The notes beneath the pieces were generated by a model, which was given only the letters and a program-made list of their open reading frames with translations, was not told the DNA's origin and did not search any database. Position numbers and translations under genes: made by a program. A DNA stretch of 64,000 nt from Gekko japonicus (lineage: Eukaryota): assembly GCF_001447785.1 (NCBI RefSeq), contig NW_015167060.1:1367473-1431472 (forward strand), given 5' to 3'. Shown in pieces: positions 37,949 through 50,660 of the stretch (the stretch's first letter is position 1; each line of letters starts with the position of its first letter).

Positions 37949-38559
37949 AGGGGTTCAAATCCCTGCTCAGCTTTACGTCTCTCAACCCAACATGTCCCAT
38001 AGGGTTGCTATAAGCGGATAAACTTCATATGAGCATTGTGAACTCCTTGGATGTAAATCAGGATAAATAACTCACATACACCTCTGGGAAAGCTCTATGT
38101 GGAGTCTCCACTCCCCCAGAGCAATATTTTTCCCTACCCACTTTCACCTATAAAATCGAGCTCTGTTTCCTGTCCACTTTAACACTGGACCCTATTTCCA
38201 TAGTGGGAGCTCCTTCCATTTTCTGCAAGGGTTGGGAAACAACTGTTGTAGACGGATGTCAGGGGGCAGTCCAAGAGATTCAGGGCTCAATCATGTTGTA
38301 TCAGCATTTTCAATCCAAACCTATAACAAGGCTATTACAGGTGTGAGGAAAAGGTGCAAAACAGGCTGGCCTTCCCACCAGAGAGTTTTCTGAGGCTGCA
38401 ACAGAGTTTTGTTAGCCCTACCTATGGCAACAGGAAGTGAGTGTCCGGTTGCCTTCTTAATTGCACTTAGTGAGCACCTGGTCCATCTGTGTCCAAGAAG
38501 AGATAGAGACAGACAGACAGACTTGGGTCTCTGGCGCAAGAGATGGCTCCCACTCCACA

Positions 38560-39760
38560 CGTTCCTGACTAGACCCCGCCCCCCAGCCATCCCGGAGAAC
38601 AAATGGCCCTCAGTCTAGACGTGCACGTGGCTGCACTGCGCCATGTTTGCACATGGCTCTGTACTGAAAGCGGGAAGAAAAAAGGGGAAGCGATCGTTGG
38701 CCGGCGCAGCCTGGTTCCACCTCCTGCTGTTCGGAGACTTTAAGCGGCGCCGATCCGCTTCAGAGAGAGCCCGCAGCTGGAGGAGGAGCTTTTGCGAGAG
38801 ATCAGACGAGCAAGCGCGAAGCCTTGCTGCCTGCGCCCGAGCCCGGTCGTCGCTCTTTCCCCCGCTTTGCTTTTCTCGCCTCCTGCCTGCCGGCCTGCCA
38901 AGGCGGGACCGCTCAGTTCAGCGGGGCCGCCAAAATGCATCCTGACATCGCAAGCCCCACACGCCGCCTCAGCGGGCGGGCACAAACGGAGGAGCCGCTC
39001 GCTCCAGCCCGTGAAAGATGCTTCTCTCCCCCCCTCCCCCCTTGTTGAATTATTAAGCAGGTCGCTCCTTGCCAGGTCGATTTCCAAAAATATTTGAAGT
39101 CAACGGGAGAGTCTCACAGTTTCCTAGGAACTGGAGACTCAGCAAGATTCCGGTGCCACTTGCGAAAAGAAAAAACCCAGCAGCAGCAGCAGCAGCAGCC
39201 ACCGCGGTTCCCCCCCCCCCCCCCCCCCCCCCCCCCACCACGGGGAAGGGGGGGGGGGGGGGGTGCACAGACAGGTAGAAGGCAGCGGCGATACTGGAGC
39301 TGGGAAGCCCATTAGCGCAGCTACAGCCTCCCCAGGGACTGGGAGGGGGAGGGAGAAACGGAGGCTGCCACTCAATCCTCAATGTCCCTCTCCCGGCTGC
39401 CCCAGCTCTCTGGCGCGCGCTTTCCTCGCCGTAGCCCGGCGCTTCCCATTCCCTCTAGCACCCTCGCGGGGACAGCCCCGCTGGCGAGACGCTTTAATTA
39501 ATTGCCCCCTAACAAGCACGGGGGAATCTATTAGCGCGCTGGAGTGTCAGGCGGCGGCGGAAGAGTGATGGGGTGGAAGGAAAGCGCCGCTGAGCTTCGG
39601 GCGGGAAGCGAGTGCAGCCCTTCGTCTGCCAGCCAGGGGGCGGGGTCCGGGCCGCGTGGCCTAACCGGCTTCGCCAGCCCGGCGAGACTGCGGGTTTAAC
39701 ATCGGAGAGGCCTTCTGTACACAGGAAAGTGAGCGTCCCCGTAGATATTTTTTCTATTTA
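38560..39760. promoter_or_regulatory. CpG island, probable promoter or first-exon region
   Basis: About 1.2 kb of GC-rich, CpG-dense, TE-free sequence; GC boxes, CACGTG E-box, (CAG)7, C27/G16 runs, TTTAATTAATTG block near 39492. Confidence 0.7.
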
Positions 39761-39899
39761 AAAGGTTTTAATTAAGAAGAACTTCGATTGGTGATTAATT
39801 TCGGGAAAGACAGTCTCTCCCCCGCCCTCGATGAGCTCTCTCTGGAAGTCAAGCCATCTGAGCAATCTGAATCATGTGGTGACAGGCAGGGTAGGGAAA

Positions 39900-40519
39900 N
39901 NNNNNNNNNNNNNNNNNNNNNNNNNNNNNNNNNNNNNNNNNNNNNNNNNNNNNNNNNNNNNNNNNNNNNNNNNNNNNNNNNNNNNNNNNNNNNNNNNNNN
40001 NNNNNNNNNNNNNNNNNNNNNNNNNNNNNNNNNNNNNNNNNNNNNNNNNNNNNNNNNNNNNNNNNNNNNNNNNNNNNNNNNNNNNNNNNNNNNNNNNNNN
40101 NNNNNNNNNNNNNNNNNNNNNNNNNNNNNNNNNNNNNNNNNNNNNNNNNNNNNNNNNNNNNNNNNNNNNNNNNNNNNNNNNNNNNNNNNNNNNNNNNNNN
40201 NNNNNNNNNNNNNNNNNNNNNNNNNNNNNNNNNNNNNNNNNNNNNNNNNNNNNNNNNNNNNNNNNNNNNNNNNNNNNNNNNNNNNNNNNNNNNNNNNNNN
40301 NNNNNNNNNNNNNNNNNNNNNNNNNNNNNNNNNNNNNNNNNNNNNNNNNNNNNNNNNNNNNNNNNNNNNNNNNNNNNNNNNNNNNNNNNNNNNNNNNNNN
40401 NNNNNNNNNNNNNNNNNNNNNNNNNNNNNNNNNNNNNNNNNNNNNNNNNNNNNNNNNNNNNNNNNNNNNNNNNNNNNNNNNNNNNNNNNNNNNNNNNNNN
40501 NNNNNNNNNNNNNNNNNNN
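39900..40519. other. Assembly gap (others at 42280-42375, 44828-45057, 47194-47326, 52662-53460, 55947-55967)
   Basis: Runs of N. Confidence 1.
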
Positions 40520-41899
40520 ACAAATAATAAACCCATAGAGTGGATCCAAGTCTTCAGGAGCTGAGTTTCCTAGGAGGAAGGTACTGGACCAGCCCCCCAC
40601 AGGGGGGGGAAAGCTTTAAAATGCATAAATGATGACTGACAACGCCAGGTAATGTTCCTGCTAGCGAAGTAGGGATTTTTATGTAGTTACTTGTGTTCCC
40701 CGCTCCCCCTACAGATTACAGAATACATAAAATGGTCTGTTTTAATATGATTGACTTACGTTACTGTATGTAAGTTTTTGAGCTACCCAGAACTCTCCAT
40801 CAAAGAGCTGAAATGAGGCAGGAAAAAGATCCTTCTGAGGGGACGTTCTTTGCAGCTTAAGAAATTGCATGTTCTTACATCAAGAGAGGTTGGTCAATGA
40901 AAATGAAGCACTTTACCAATTTATCTATTTTGGATAAGTCTCAAGGGAGCAAAGAGTCCATCATGAGAGACTGTCCACATTTAGACAAGACCTGTAGGCT
41001 TCCAATTCATATTTCCAATGGTTATTTTTTTTAATATGGCCAGAAATGGTTTAATGCATACCTATTTAGTAAAATACACGTGGTCATTTTGTGAAGCAGT
41101 TTATCCTGCGTATCTTGTGCGCTAGTAAGGGGAAGTTAGCTCATACAATTTAGGAAAAGGTTGCCAGGATCACTAGAAGGAAGGGGGCATTTTCTGGTGG
41201 GCCAGCCCTATATTTCTGTACTCACAGCTACAACTCCTCCTGCTCCACAGTATCCTAGAAGGATCAGAATTTGTGTGTGCGCACGCTTCTTGAGGCTTCA
41301 CAGCTACCTGTACAAGGGGCATATGAACTAAAGAGACACTGCCCATAGATGGGGACCATGCCTACTAGGATACATCCTGTTTACTGATCCTATAGACTGC
41401 CATGTTCTAGCCAAGTTTCTGGTATGCACCAACAGAACCAATTGCCTGTTTGCAGGTATTGTGCCAATGCACCTATGCAGCAGGTGTTGTAGACAAACCT
41501 TTGGGTGATACTTAAGGGAGGGCACCCTTTGTACTGCCAAACACTTTTGTGCATCAAAGTTCCCCGTTTAAAGATTCTGTCATTAGTTTTCAGATTCCAG
41601 TTTTAACAATAATGTCAAAGGATAACCCCAGAACATATTTGTGGTGCAGGACTCAGCCTGGCAGCTGACTGAATAATAAAGGAATAATTCTGAGCATATG
41701 AAAAGTGGATTTTCCTCACCAATGATTAACTAGTGTTGAGGCATCATAGATCATATATGTAGCTCGGGTTAAGGAAAAAGGAAGGAGTTGGAAAGTCAGC
41801 ATTGGCAACAGAGATTTGAGTTCTTCCTCCTCCTTCGACCCATTATCTTAAGTGCTTATCTACCCCTCCCCCAGTAACCCCTTCGCTACAGCTTTGGGT

Positions 41900-42610
41900 T
41901 TTCTTATTCGGAGGCCACGCGGCCTCTGCCATGTGCAGGGGCCACCCCTCGCCAAGAGCTGGCCCGCCCCCCCCACACTCCCGGGGGGCCCCTTTAGAGT
42001 CAGCGGGTTTTCACGGCGGAGTTAAAGATACCATCTGGAGCGGTATAAATCGAGTCCCCGCCGCGGGGCTGGCACTCCATTACAATGAAAGATTTTAGCG
42101 CACTTTACAACCTCCCCGGCCCGCGCCGACAGCAGGTAATTAAAGCAATAATTGCTTCTGATGGCGCTTCCTAAACGAGGAAACTTTGGTGTTAACCCTG
42201 CAGGGAAGAAGGGGGGGAGGGTTGGGCCCAGTCTCTGGGTGGGCGGAGCTTGAAAAGCCAGACAACCCCCCCCCCCCGCNNNNNNNNNNNNNNNNNNNNN
42301 NNNNNNNNNNNNNNNNNNNNNNNNNNNNNNNNNNNNNNNNNNNNNNNNNNNNNNNNNNNNNNNNNNNNNNNNNNNCGGTTCCTTGACGCGAGCCATGTGT
42401 GCGTACGCGCATGCAAATAAATCAGTGCCTATATGAGACGAATTGGGGCTGGCTGAGATCCCCTCCCCCCCGGAGCGATTGCGTGAGATCGTGATAGTGG
42501 CTATTTTTTTGGTTAAAAATTAATCATTATGTGAGATTACTCCCAATATTCTTTCATCTTGATGGGCAATTTGACCCCGCTAAAGACAGCAAGAAGGAGA
42601 AGCCCCGGAC
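41900..42610. promoter_or_regulatory. Second CpG-rich CNE-like block, split by a gap
   Basis: GTAATTAAAGCAATAATTG, ACAATG (Sox), ATGCAAAT octamer at 42411, AATTAATCATTA. Confidence 0.5.
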
Positions 42611-43116
42611 CAGGCTAGCTCATGGTACTTCCTGTCAAAGTTAAAAGTCGGGGAACTGCGTTTGGGAGATACCTACATTGTAGTTAAGACAGCACATACT
42701 TGGCTGCGGTGTTGCAGGACTTACTCTGCTGTTGTAGCTAGCCACCTCCTTCAGGTGTTGCCAGTTTCCAGATGAACTAGGTCTGGACAAGAAGGATGTT
42801 ATCCCTTGCCCAAAGGTTTTGGGGTTCTCTTCCCCATACCAAATAATCTTCATTTTTGGTGTATTATTGAAGTATGATATTGTTGCAGGGGGAAGGGAGG
42901 GACCTCAGCGGGGGTATAGAGCCATACAGTCCAACTTCCAAGAGCAGCTGTTTTTCCCCCCAGGGGAACTGGTCCCTGCAGTCTGGAGATCAGTGGTAAT
43001 TCCAGGAGATCTCCAGGCCCCATCCAGAGGTAGTCCACTCTAGACTCTCCTCACACTTTGTCCAATGCTCTAATCATAACTCCACAGTAGTTCTTCAGAA
43101 GATCAAGATGCTTTGA

Positions 43117-43800
43117 GCCCTGACCTGGATAAGCCAGGTGTTGGGTATTACAAGTTGAAAACACTCAGTATATCTGGGGTTAAATGTTTGTTTATGTTAC
43201 TCACAGGAAGTCACATGTTTCTCATGTAACCAATGTTCTTTAGATGTGGAAAGCCCTGGGGAATTTTCTCCCTGATCTAGGGATTTGATTGGGACTAAAG
43301 TGTCAAGGTATATTACCATTTTATGGCTTCTCTTCCCGTCTTTGTTTTGGTGTTCTGAAGAAGAGAGCAGCCATAACTCTCTCTTCTAGTTTTGTCTTTG
43401 TAGTGTAAGGATGTAGCCGATTATGCTCTGCTGTTATTTTCATCCCAGTTACCCTTCCCATGCTAGAATTTAGTAAAAACTTTATATTTTAATCACACAT
43501 GGACTCTCAGTCTGAATTATTTTACTCTGGCTCTACTGGACTATCTTATCTCTGCTAAATACCATTTTTCCAGTATCTCACTATCACCCAACACCAGGCA
43601 AGCCCGATCTTGTCAGATCTCGGAAGCTAAGCTGGGCCAACACTCGTAAGTACTTGGAAGGGAGTCCTCCAGGGAATGCCAAGGCTGGAACGCAGAGGCA
43701 GGCAATAGCAAGCCACCTCTCTGAAATGTCCAACCACCACTAGGGGCTGCCAGAAGTCACCATGACTTCCGGGCTCGCAAGAATACGTGGACACACACAC
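43117..43800 (+). mobile_element. 5S-Sauria-like SINE interrupted by an LTR
   Basis: GCCCGATCTTGTCAGATCTCGGAAGCTAAGC..AGTACTTGGA matches 5S rRNA; (CA)n tail. Confidence 0.8.
43139..43593 (+). mobile_element. Solo LTR, family A
   Basis: TGTTGGGT...ACCCAACA; 5-bp TSD CCAGG. Confidence 0.92.
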
Positions 43801-44220
43801 ACCTGCAAACACATGCACAAAATACAAAAATGAGAGATGCTCTGGAAGTCACAAGAGCAGCCTTTTGATGGCTGGTTGGCTACCGGAGGGGAAGAAGGGG
43901 AGGCACCTTACAGCTGAGTAGAGGATTAAATCAGGGTTTTTGTCTTCATAATTAAAAAAAAAAATTGGGAGACTTCCCCACAGCTTTACAAATTGTGCTA
44001 CAAAAATGCAAATCCCAGTGGTGGCTAGGTAGATGTAAATCCTGTGTGTCCATGGCAGGTTAAATCACACCTGAAGAGCAGCAACAGAATAGGAGTTATA
44101 TAATCTGTGACTGATGGGGAGAACTGGGCAACTGGCTGCAGAATCGGGGTACAGATCAACATGCAGCACTATATCCCTCCCTGCTACAAAGGGATGTGCT
44201 GTGGCTACACCTAGACAGAC

Positions 44221-44507
44221 AGAAGAAGAAGAAAAGAGATTGGATTTATACCCCGCCCTTCACTACCCAAAGGTGTCTCAGAGTGGCTTACAAACTCCTT
44301 TCCCTTCCCCTCCCCACAACAGACACCCTGTGAGGTAGGTGGGGCTGAGAGAACTCTGACAGAAACTGCTCTTTTTCAAGGACATCTGTGCCAGAACTAC
44401 GGCTTGCCCAAGTTCATCCAGCCAGGTGCAAGTAGAGTAGTGATTAATCAAACCCGGTTCTCCCAGATTAGAGTCTGCGTACTTAACCACTACACCAAAC
44501 TGGCTCT
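44221..44507 (-). mobile_element. Squam3-like SINE
   Basis: Reverse complement of the family consensus; (GAA)n tail. Confidence 0.85.
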
Positions 44508-44559
44508 AGTAAGGGACTGGATCCCATCTTGGGCAGAAGGCTGTGGATGGCTGGAAAGA

Positions 44560-46757
44560 TGTTGGGTGATAGTGAGATATTGTGAAAATGGTATTTAGCA
44601 GAGATAAGATAATCCAGCAGTCCCAGAATAAAATAATTCAGACACAGAGTCCGTGTGTGATTAAAATATAAAGTTTTTACTAAATTCTAGCATGGGAAAG
44701 GGTAACTGGGATGAAAATAACAACAGAGCAAAATCTGCTACATCCTTACTCTACAAAGACAAAACTAGAAGAGTGAGATTATGGCTACTCTTCTTCTTCT
44801 TCAGAACACCAAACAAAGACAGGAAGANNNNNNNNNNNNNNNNNNNNNNNNNNNNNNNNNNNNNNNNNNNNNNNNNNNNNNNNNNNNNNNNNNNNNNNNN
44901 NNNNNNNNNNNNNNNNNNNNNNNNNNNNNNNNNNNNNNNNNNNNNNNNNNNNNNNNNNNNNNNNNNNNNNNNNNNNNNNNNNNNNNNNNNNNNNNNNNNN
45001 NNNNNNNNNNNNNNNNNNNNNNNNNNNNNNNNNNNNNNNNNNNNNNNNNNNNNNNNNTAGCAACTCTGCCAGAGTCTCAGGGGTCACTTGGATCAGACCC
45101 TTCATTGGCAATGGTAATTAGTGTCAGTTTACCAGTTACCTTTCCCACTCTGCTGCCAGTTTTCAGAAGGAAGCAGTGGGTCAGTTAATACTCACCATCG
45201 GTTGCACCACTAAGCTGAGTGACCTTTGCAGTGCTGGCTTGTAGCTCTACAGAAACCACTCAGTTTAGCTTCCTTTGGGGCCATTTCACTTCCTAGTCTG
45301 CCCCGTCTACATGCATTCATACCCAGAGCTACTATATGACCCAGGTCTTCTGCTCCTTATGTTGGCTTCCTGCTTATAGACAAATCCCTTGTGAGACGTG
45401 TTGGGTCACAAGGAAGACAATGTAGGAACATGTCAAGTTGTTTTACACTGTTCAACCACTGGTCCATCTACCTTCAAACCAGCAGCAGCTCTTTTGAGTC
45501 TTGGGCCCCTGGTTTCTTTTCTCTTACTCGCTGGCTTCCCTTTTGTTGGGTTTTAAAAATTGGTTTTTAGCAGAGATAAAAATAGCTTAGCAGTGCCAGA
45601 GTAAAATAATTCAGACTCAGAGTCCATGTGTGTTTAAAATAGAAAGTTTTTACTACATTCTAGCATAGGGAAGGGTAACTGGGATGAAAATAACAACAGA
45701 GCTAAATCTCCTACATCCTTACACTACAAAAGACAAGACTAGAAGAGAGCGATAATGGCTTCTCTGCTTCTTCTTGAGAACAGCAAACAAAGACGGGAAG
45801 AGGAGCCATAAAATGCTAAAACACTTTGACACTTTCCTCCCAATCAAACTCCTAGATCAGGGAGAAAATTCCCGGGCTTGTACTCCTAAAACAGCATTGG
45901 TTACGTGAGTAGAGAGCACAACCAGCTGTGCAGCTGGGCTGGACTTTCTGGGAACCTTTCATCCCTGCCACACGCAGCCCATCCATGATGGCTTGCAGGG
46001 TTCTGTCCGTGCATTGGAGTCATTAGCAAGAGGGGTGTGGCTGGGATTTCTCCAGCCTCTTGAGGGTCTATTGGCTGCATTAGGACTTTCCAGAGAAGGC
46101 TGCTTTTGGCCAGTGTGTGTATGGGGGTGGGGATCAGCACGAGAGATTCTTTGGTGGTTTCATCGACCACAAGACAGCATGACCTATTGCAAACTGCATA
46201 CACGCAGGGGCGGACTGGCCATTTAATTTACAAGCAAATTGCCAGTGGGCCACTGGGGCCCAGGAGCAAGCATAACCAAGATTTAGCAACTCTGCCAGAG
46301 TCTCAGGGGTCACTTGGATCAGACCCTTCATTGGCAATGGTAATTAGTGTCAGATCACCAGTTACCTTTCCCACTCTGCTGCCAGTTTTCAGAAAGAAGC
46401 AGTGGGCCAGTTAATACTCACCATCGGTTGCACCACTAAGCTGAGTGACCTTTGCAGTGCTGGCTGGTAGCTCTACAGAAACCAGTCAGTTTAGCTTGCT
46501 TCGGGGCCATTTCACCTCCTAGTCTGCCCCGTCTACATGCAATCGTACCCAGAGCTACTGTATGACCCAGCTCTTCTGCTCCTTATGTGGGCTTCCTGCT
46601 TATAGACAAATCCCTTGTGAGACGTGTTGGGTCACAAGGAAGACAATGTAGGAACATGTCAAGTTGTTTTACACTGTTCAACCACTGGTCCATCTACCTT
46701 CAAACCAACATTTAACCCCAGATATACTGAGTGTAATTTAACTTGTAATACCCAACA
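44560..46757 (-). mobile_element. Composite/tandem family-A LTR structure with inserted cargo
   Basis: LTR pieces at 44560-44827, 45565-45905 and 46703-46757; 45058-45480 is repeated at 46284-46706; outer flanks AAAGA/CCTTT do not match. Confidence 0.7.
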
Positions 46758-46925
46758 CCTTTGATGTAAGCTATTAAATGGTGGGGGTGGGAAGGGGTGG
46801 TGGTTTTTGTCTGCTAGGCTCCTCTCAAAACCGGAACTAGTAGAACTTAATAAGCATTTATACAGCACTTGCGCTGTTGAGTGTTCAAAGTGGTTACCAT
46901 GTTGTCTTCTCATCTTTATAACAAT

Positions 46926-47485
46926 CAGGGGTCATTTCCTGCAGGAGCCCACAGGAGCGGAGCTCCGGCAGTAAAGAGCCCAGGGGGCAGGCACATGCAA
47001 CAAGCCCCACCCCCTGCTCCCAGCAGCCCTCAGTCAGAGCAAAAAGCACCCAGGTAAGTTGCAGAGCTTCCCCCGGCCCAAAACAGTCCAGTGACACCTT
47101 TAAGACCAAGTTTTATTCAGGTACAAGCTCTCCCTCCTCTGCAAGGACAGATCTGCACGTTCCCCCCCCCCCAATCTATCGAAACCAAAAACANNNNNNN
47201 NNNNNNNNNNNNNNNNNNNNNNNNNNNNNNNNNNNNNNNNNNNNNNNNNNNNNNNNNNNNNNNNNNNNNNNNNNNNNNNNNNNNNNNNNNNNNNNNNNNN
47301 NNNNNNNNNNNNNNNNNNNNNNNNNNCCCCCCCCCCCAATAGCTAGCAATCCAAAACAGTCCAGTGGAGCCTGAGCGGTGGGTGTTGCCTTCTGACACAC
47401 TTATGGTGATGTCAGGGGGTGTTGCATATGCAAATAAGTTATGCTAATGAGCGCCTGCACCTCTTTTTCTACGAAATGACCCCTG
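46926..47485 (-). mobile_element. CAGGGGTC hAT MITE
   Basis: TIR CAGGGGTCATTTC; 8-bp TSD ATAACAAT. Confidence 0.9.
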
Positions 47486-47870
47486 ATAACAATCCCATAC
47501 AATATTATTTTATTTATTATTTATTTATTATATTTATACCTCGCCCATCCTGCGAACAGGCTCAGGGCAGCTCACAAAAGCGGTACAAAGTACCTAAGTA
47601 TATAAAACCAATAAAACATTTAAATAACATAAAACAATCAAAATTTATGGTGACCCCATTGGGTTTTCAAGGCAAGAGATTTTAGAGGTGGTTTGCCATT
47701 GCCTGCCTCAGTGTAGCAACCCTGGACTTCCTTCCAACCACGGCTGACCCTGCTTAGCTTCCAAGATCTGATGAGAATGCGCTAGCCCACATTACGGATG
47801 GGCGACTAAGTCTGAGAGTGAGAGGAAATTTGAAACTGGGGCTCCCAGCTCCTAGTCTGATACTTTAAAC

Positions 47871-49274
47871 CAGGGGTGTCAAACATGTGGCCCATGGGCC
47901 GGATCTGACCTGCACAGGGCTCAAATCCGCCCCCCAAGCAAATTCCTTCTGCTTCCTTTCCAGGGATGCTACTGCAGCTGCACCATAGCTTGCTTTTCCC
48001 CCAGCTCTTTCAGTGGCTTTTTGCTTCCCGTTTCCTGCCTCTTGCCTCCCTCCCTCTCCCTCTCTCCCCCCTCTCTCCCTCCTCCCCTCCTCTCTCTCAC
48101 ACACACAGAGCTCTGTGGCTTCTTCCTGCTTCGTGCAGGAGAGAGATGAAGACAAGCCTCTCTCTCTCTCACTCACACGTACAACTTCTGCTTCCTTCTC
48201 CGGGGATGCTCCTCCTCTTTTGGGATTTATTTTTGTTGGGTGATAGTGAGATATTGAAAAAATGGTATTTAGCAGAGATAATATAGCCCAGCAGAGCCTG
48301 AGTAAAATAATTCAGACTGAGAGTCCATGTGTGATTAAAATATAAAGTTTTTACTAAATTCTAGCATGGGGAAGGGTAACTGGGATGAAAATAACAACAG
48401 AGCATAATCGGCTACATCCTTACACTACAAAGACAAAACTAGAAGAGAGTTATGGCTTCTCTTCTTCTTCAGAACAGCAAACAAAGACGGGAAGAGGAGC
48501 CATAAAATGCAAAAACACTTTGACACTTTCGTTGCAATCAAACTCCTAGATCAGCGAGAAATTTCCTGGGCTTCTACTCCTAAAACAACATTGGTTACAT
48601 GAAAAACATGTGACTTCCTGTGAGTAACATAAACAAACATTTAATCCCAGATATACTGAGTGTTTTCAACTTGTAATACCCAACAATTTTCTTTCAAAAA
48701 GACCCTGATTAGGAATTAGAACACTTGGATTGGTCCTTATATCATGGAGAGTGGAGTGATTTCAGATGCCAAATTATAATAGCACAATTGGTAATGAGAC
48801 AGGAAAACTAGTTCTTAATTCAGTCCAGAAGGATGCATTGTCTTGAGCTTCCTTATCAATTGCAATTCAATAGTCTCTCTAATCTCCCTTTGAAATTCCT
48901 TCATAAGAGCACTGCTACTCTTAGGTCAGCAACTGAATGTTGTGGTTTCTAATGTCAGACGTATGTCCATTTAGTCTTTTCATCCTCCTGGGCTGAATCC
49001 TCCTGGATGGAATTGAGACCTAGGTTTCCTGTCTCATTACCAATGCTGGTATCTCCAGCATTGCTCTGCATCTCCAGCTCTGCATCTCACACCTAATCCA
49101 ATCAGGCCTGCTATTGTCATTCACCTGCTATTGCCATTCAACATCTGAAATCACCTTTATAAAGTTTATATCTCTGGTAGCTTGTGTCACATTTTATGGC
49201 ACGCGTGGCCTGGCCCAACAAAGTGACATTTATGTCAGATCCAGCCCTCCTAACAAATGAGTTCGACACCGCTG
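47871..49274. mobile_element. Non-autonomous hAT-Charlie-like element, inserted in a SINE and hosting an LTR
   Basis: TIR CAGGGGTGTCAAAC / GTTCGACACCGCTG; TSD CTTTAAAC / CTTTAAGC. Confidence 0.8.
48234..48685 (-). mobile_element. Solo LTR, family A
   Basis: TGTTGGGT...ACCCAACA; 5-bp TSD ATTTT. Confidence 0.92.
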
Positions 49275-49552
49275 CTTTAAGCACTATACACACTGTCCAC
49301 AGTGGGGGGTTTTGCCACTAAATTATACATCTGCTGATCCATTCACAGGTGCCCAACATCACCTGTAGCTCGGCTATCAGCACTTAGCCAATCTACTACA
49401 GCAGACTGGAAACATTTTCCCCTCCCCTCCTCACTGCACATAGCATAGAGAGGAGTAAAGTCCTTAAACTGAATCCCATGGGTAAACCCAGCATCTGACT
49501 TACCACAACTGTCAGCAGTCCATGCTGAAGGAGAACAGAAGTGTCAGATCCC

Positions 49553-49955
49553 CAGGGGTCATTTCGTAGAAAAAGAGGTGCAGGAGCTCATTAGCATAAC
49601 TCATTAGCATAACTTATTTGCATATGCCACACCCCCTGACATCACCGGAAGTGTGTCAGAAGGCAACACCCACCGCTCAGGCTCCACTGGACTGTTTTGG
49701 ATTGCTAGCTATTGGGGGGGGGACGTGCAGATCTGTCCTCACAGAGGAGGGAGAGCTTGTACCTGAATAAAACTTGGTCTTAAAGATGCCCCTGGACTGT
49801 TTTGGACTGGGGGCCCCGGGGGGGCTCTGCAACTTACCTACGTGCTTCTTGCTCTGACTGAGGGCTGCTGGGAGCAGGGGGTGGGGCTTGTTGCATGTGC
49901 CTGCCCCCTGGGCTCTTTACTGCCAGAGCTCCACTCCTGCAGGAAATGACCCCTG
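49553..49955 (+). mobile_element. CAGGGGTC hAT MITE
   Basis: TIR intact; 8-bp TSD CAGATCCC. Confidence 0.9.
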
Positions 49956-50269
49956 CAGATCCCAATCTATAAAAGAAGGAAGCCTCTGGAGTGATGGGCA
50001 TCTTCCACAATGTGCTGTGGGGAGGGGGTGTTTTGGAATAGGGACTGTTCATTAAGTTTATTGGATATTTTAGGGTAAAGGGTTTTTAAAGACACACATT
50101 TGGCAACCCTAAATCAATAAGCTGTCTTTGATTGGTTCTTCTCTTTCTCAGCTCACAAGTGATGGCAGTTCCATGACTTCCCTGAGAAGGATCCCTTGAT
50201 TCCTTTAACCTTTTCAAGTGCCCAGTATTTCTTACAGTCAGGCATATTCCTTAATATTTGACTTAAAAA

Positions 50270-50660
50270 TCAACCTTCCTGCATCTTAAAACCATTTTCT
50301 GTTGTCCTGCTCTTGCTAAGGAGAGAAAACAACTGTTTCCCATCTTCTTTGTAGCAGCCTTTTACATATTTGAAGACAGTTATCATGTTCTTAATCTTCT
50401 TTTCTCTAAGCCGAATATCCTCCATTCCTTCAACCTTTCCCCCATATGTCTTCCATTCTAAACTGTTTATCATCTTAGCTACTCTCCTTTGAACTTTCTC
50501 CAGTTTGTCTATATCATGGTAGCTGAAACTGGACTCAAAATGCTTTGCCTGCAATCTATCCAGTGCCAAGCAGAGTGATATTATTATAACTCTGTCTTGA
50601 TTCTTTGGTTAGCACAATCCCAAATGACACTTACTGGCTCCCGTTCAGTTTGTGATCTGC
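50270..50660 (-). mobile_element. Old CR1 LINE fragment
   Basis: DIDKLEKVQRRVAKMINSLE..MITVFKYVKGCYKEDG.QLFS matches the CR1 ORF2 C-terminus. Confidence 0.8.

Noticed and set aside
39053-39382. Poly-Ala/Pro/Gln/Gly ORFs as a transcription-factor exon
   Set aside because: They derive from (CAG)7 and homopolymer runs; no DNA-binding domain or consistent frame.
43595-43690. 5S rRNA gene
   Set aside because: Diverged, lacks native ends, is fused to a SINE tail and dispersed in several copies, so it is a SINE.
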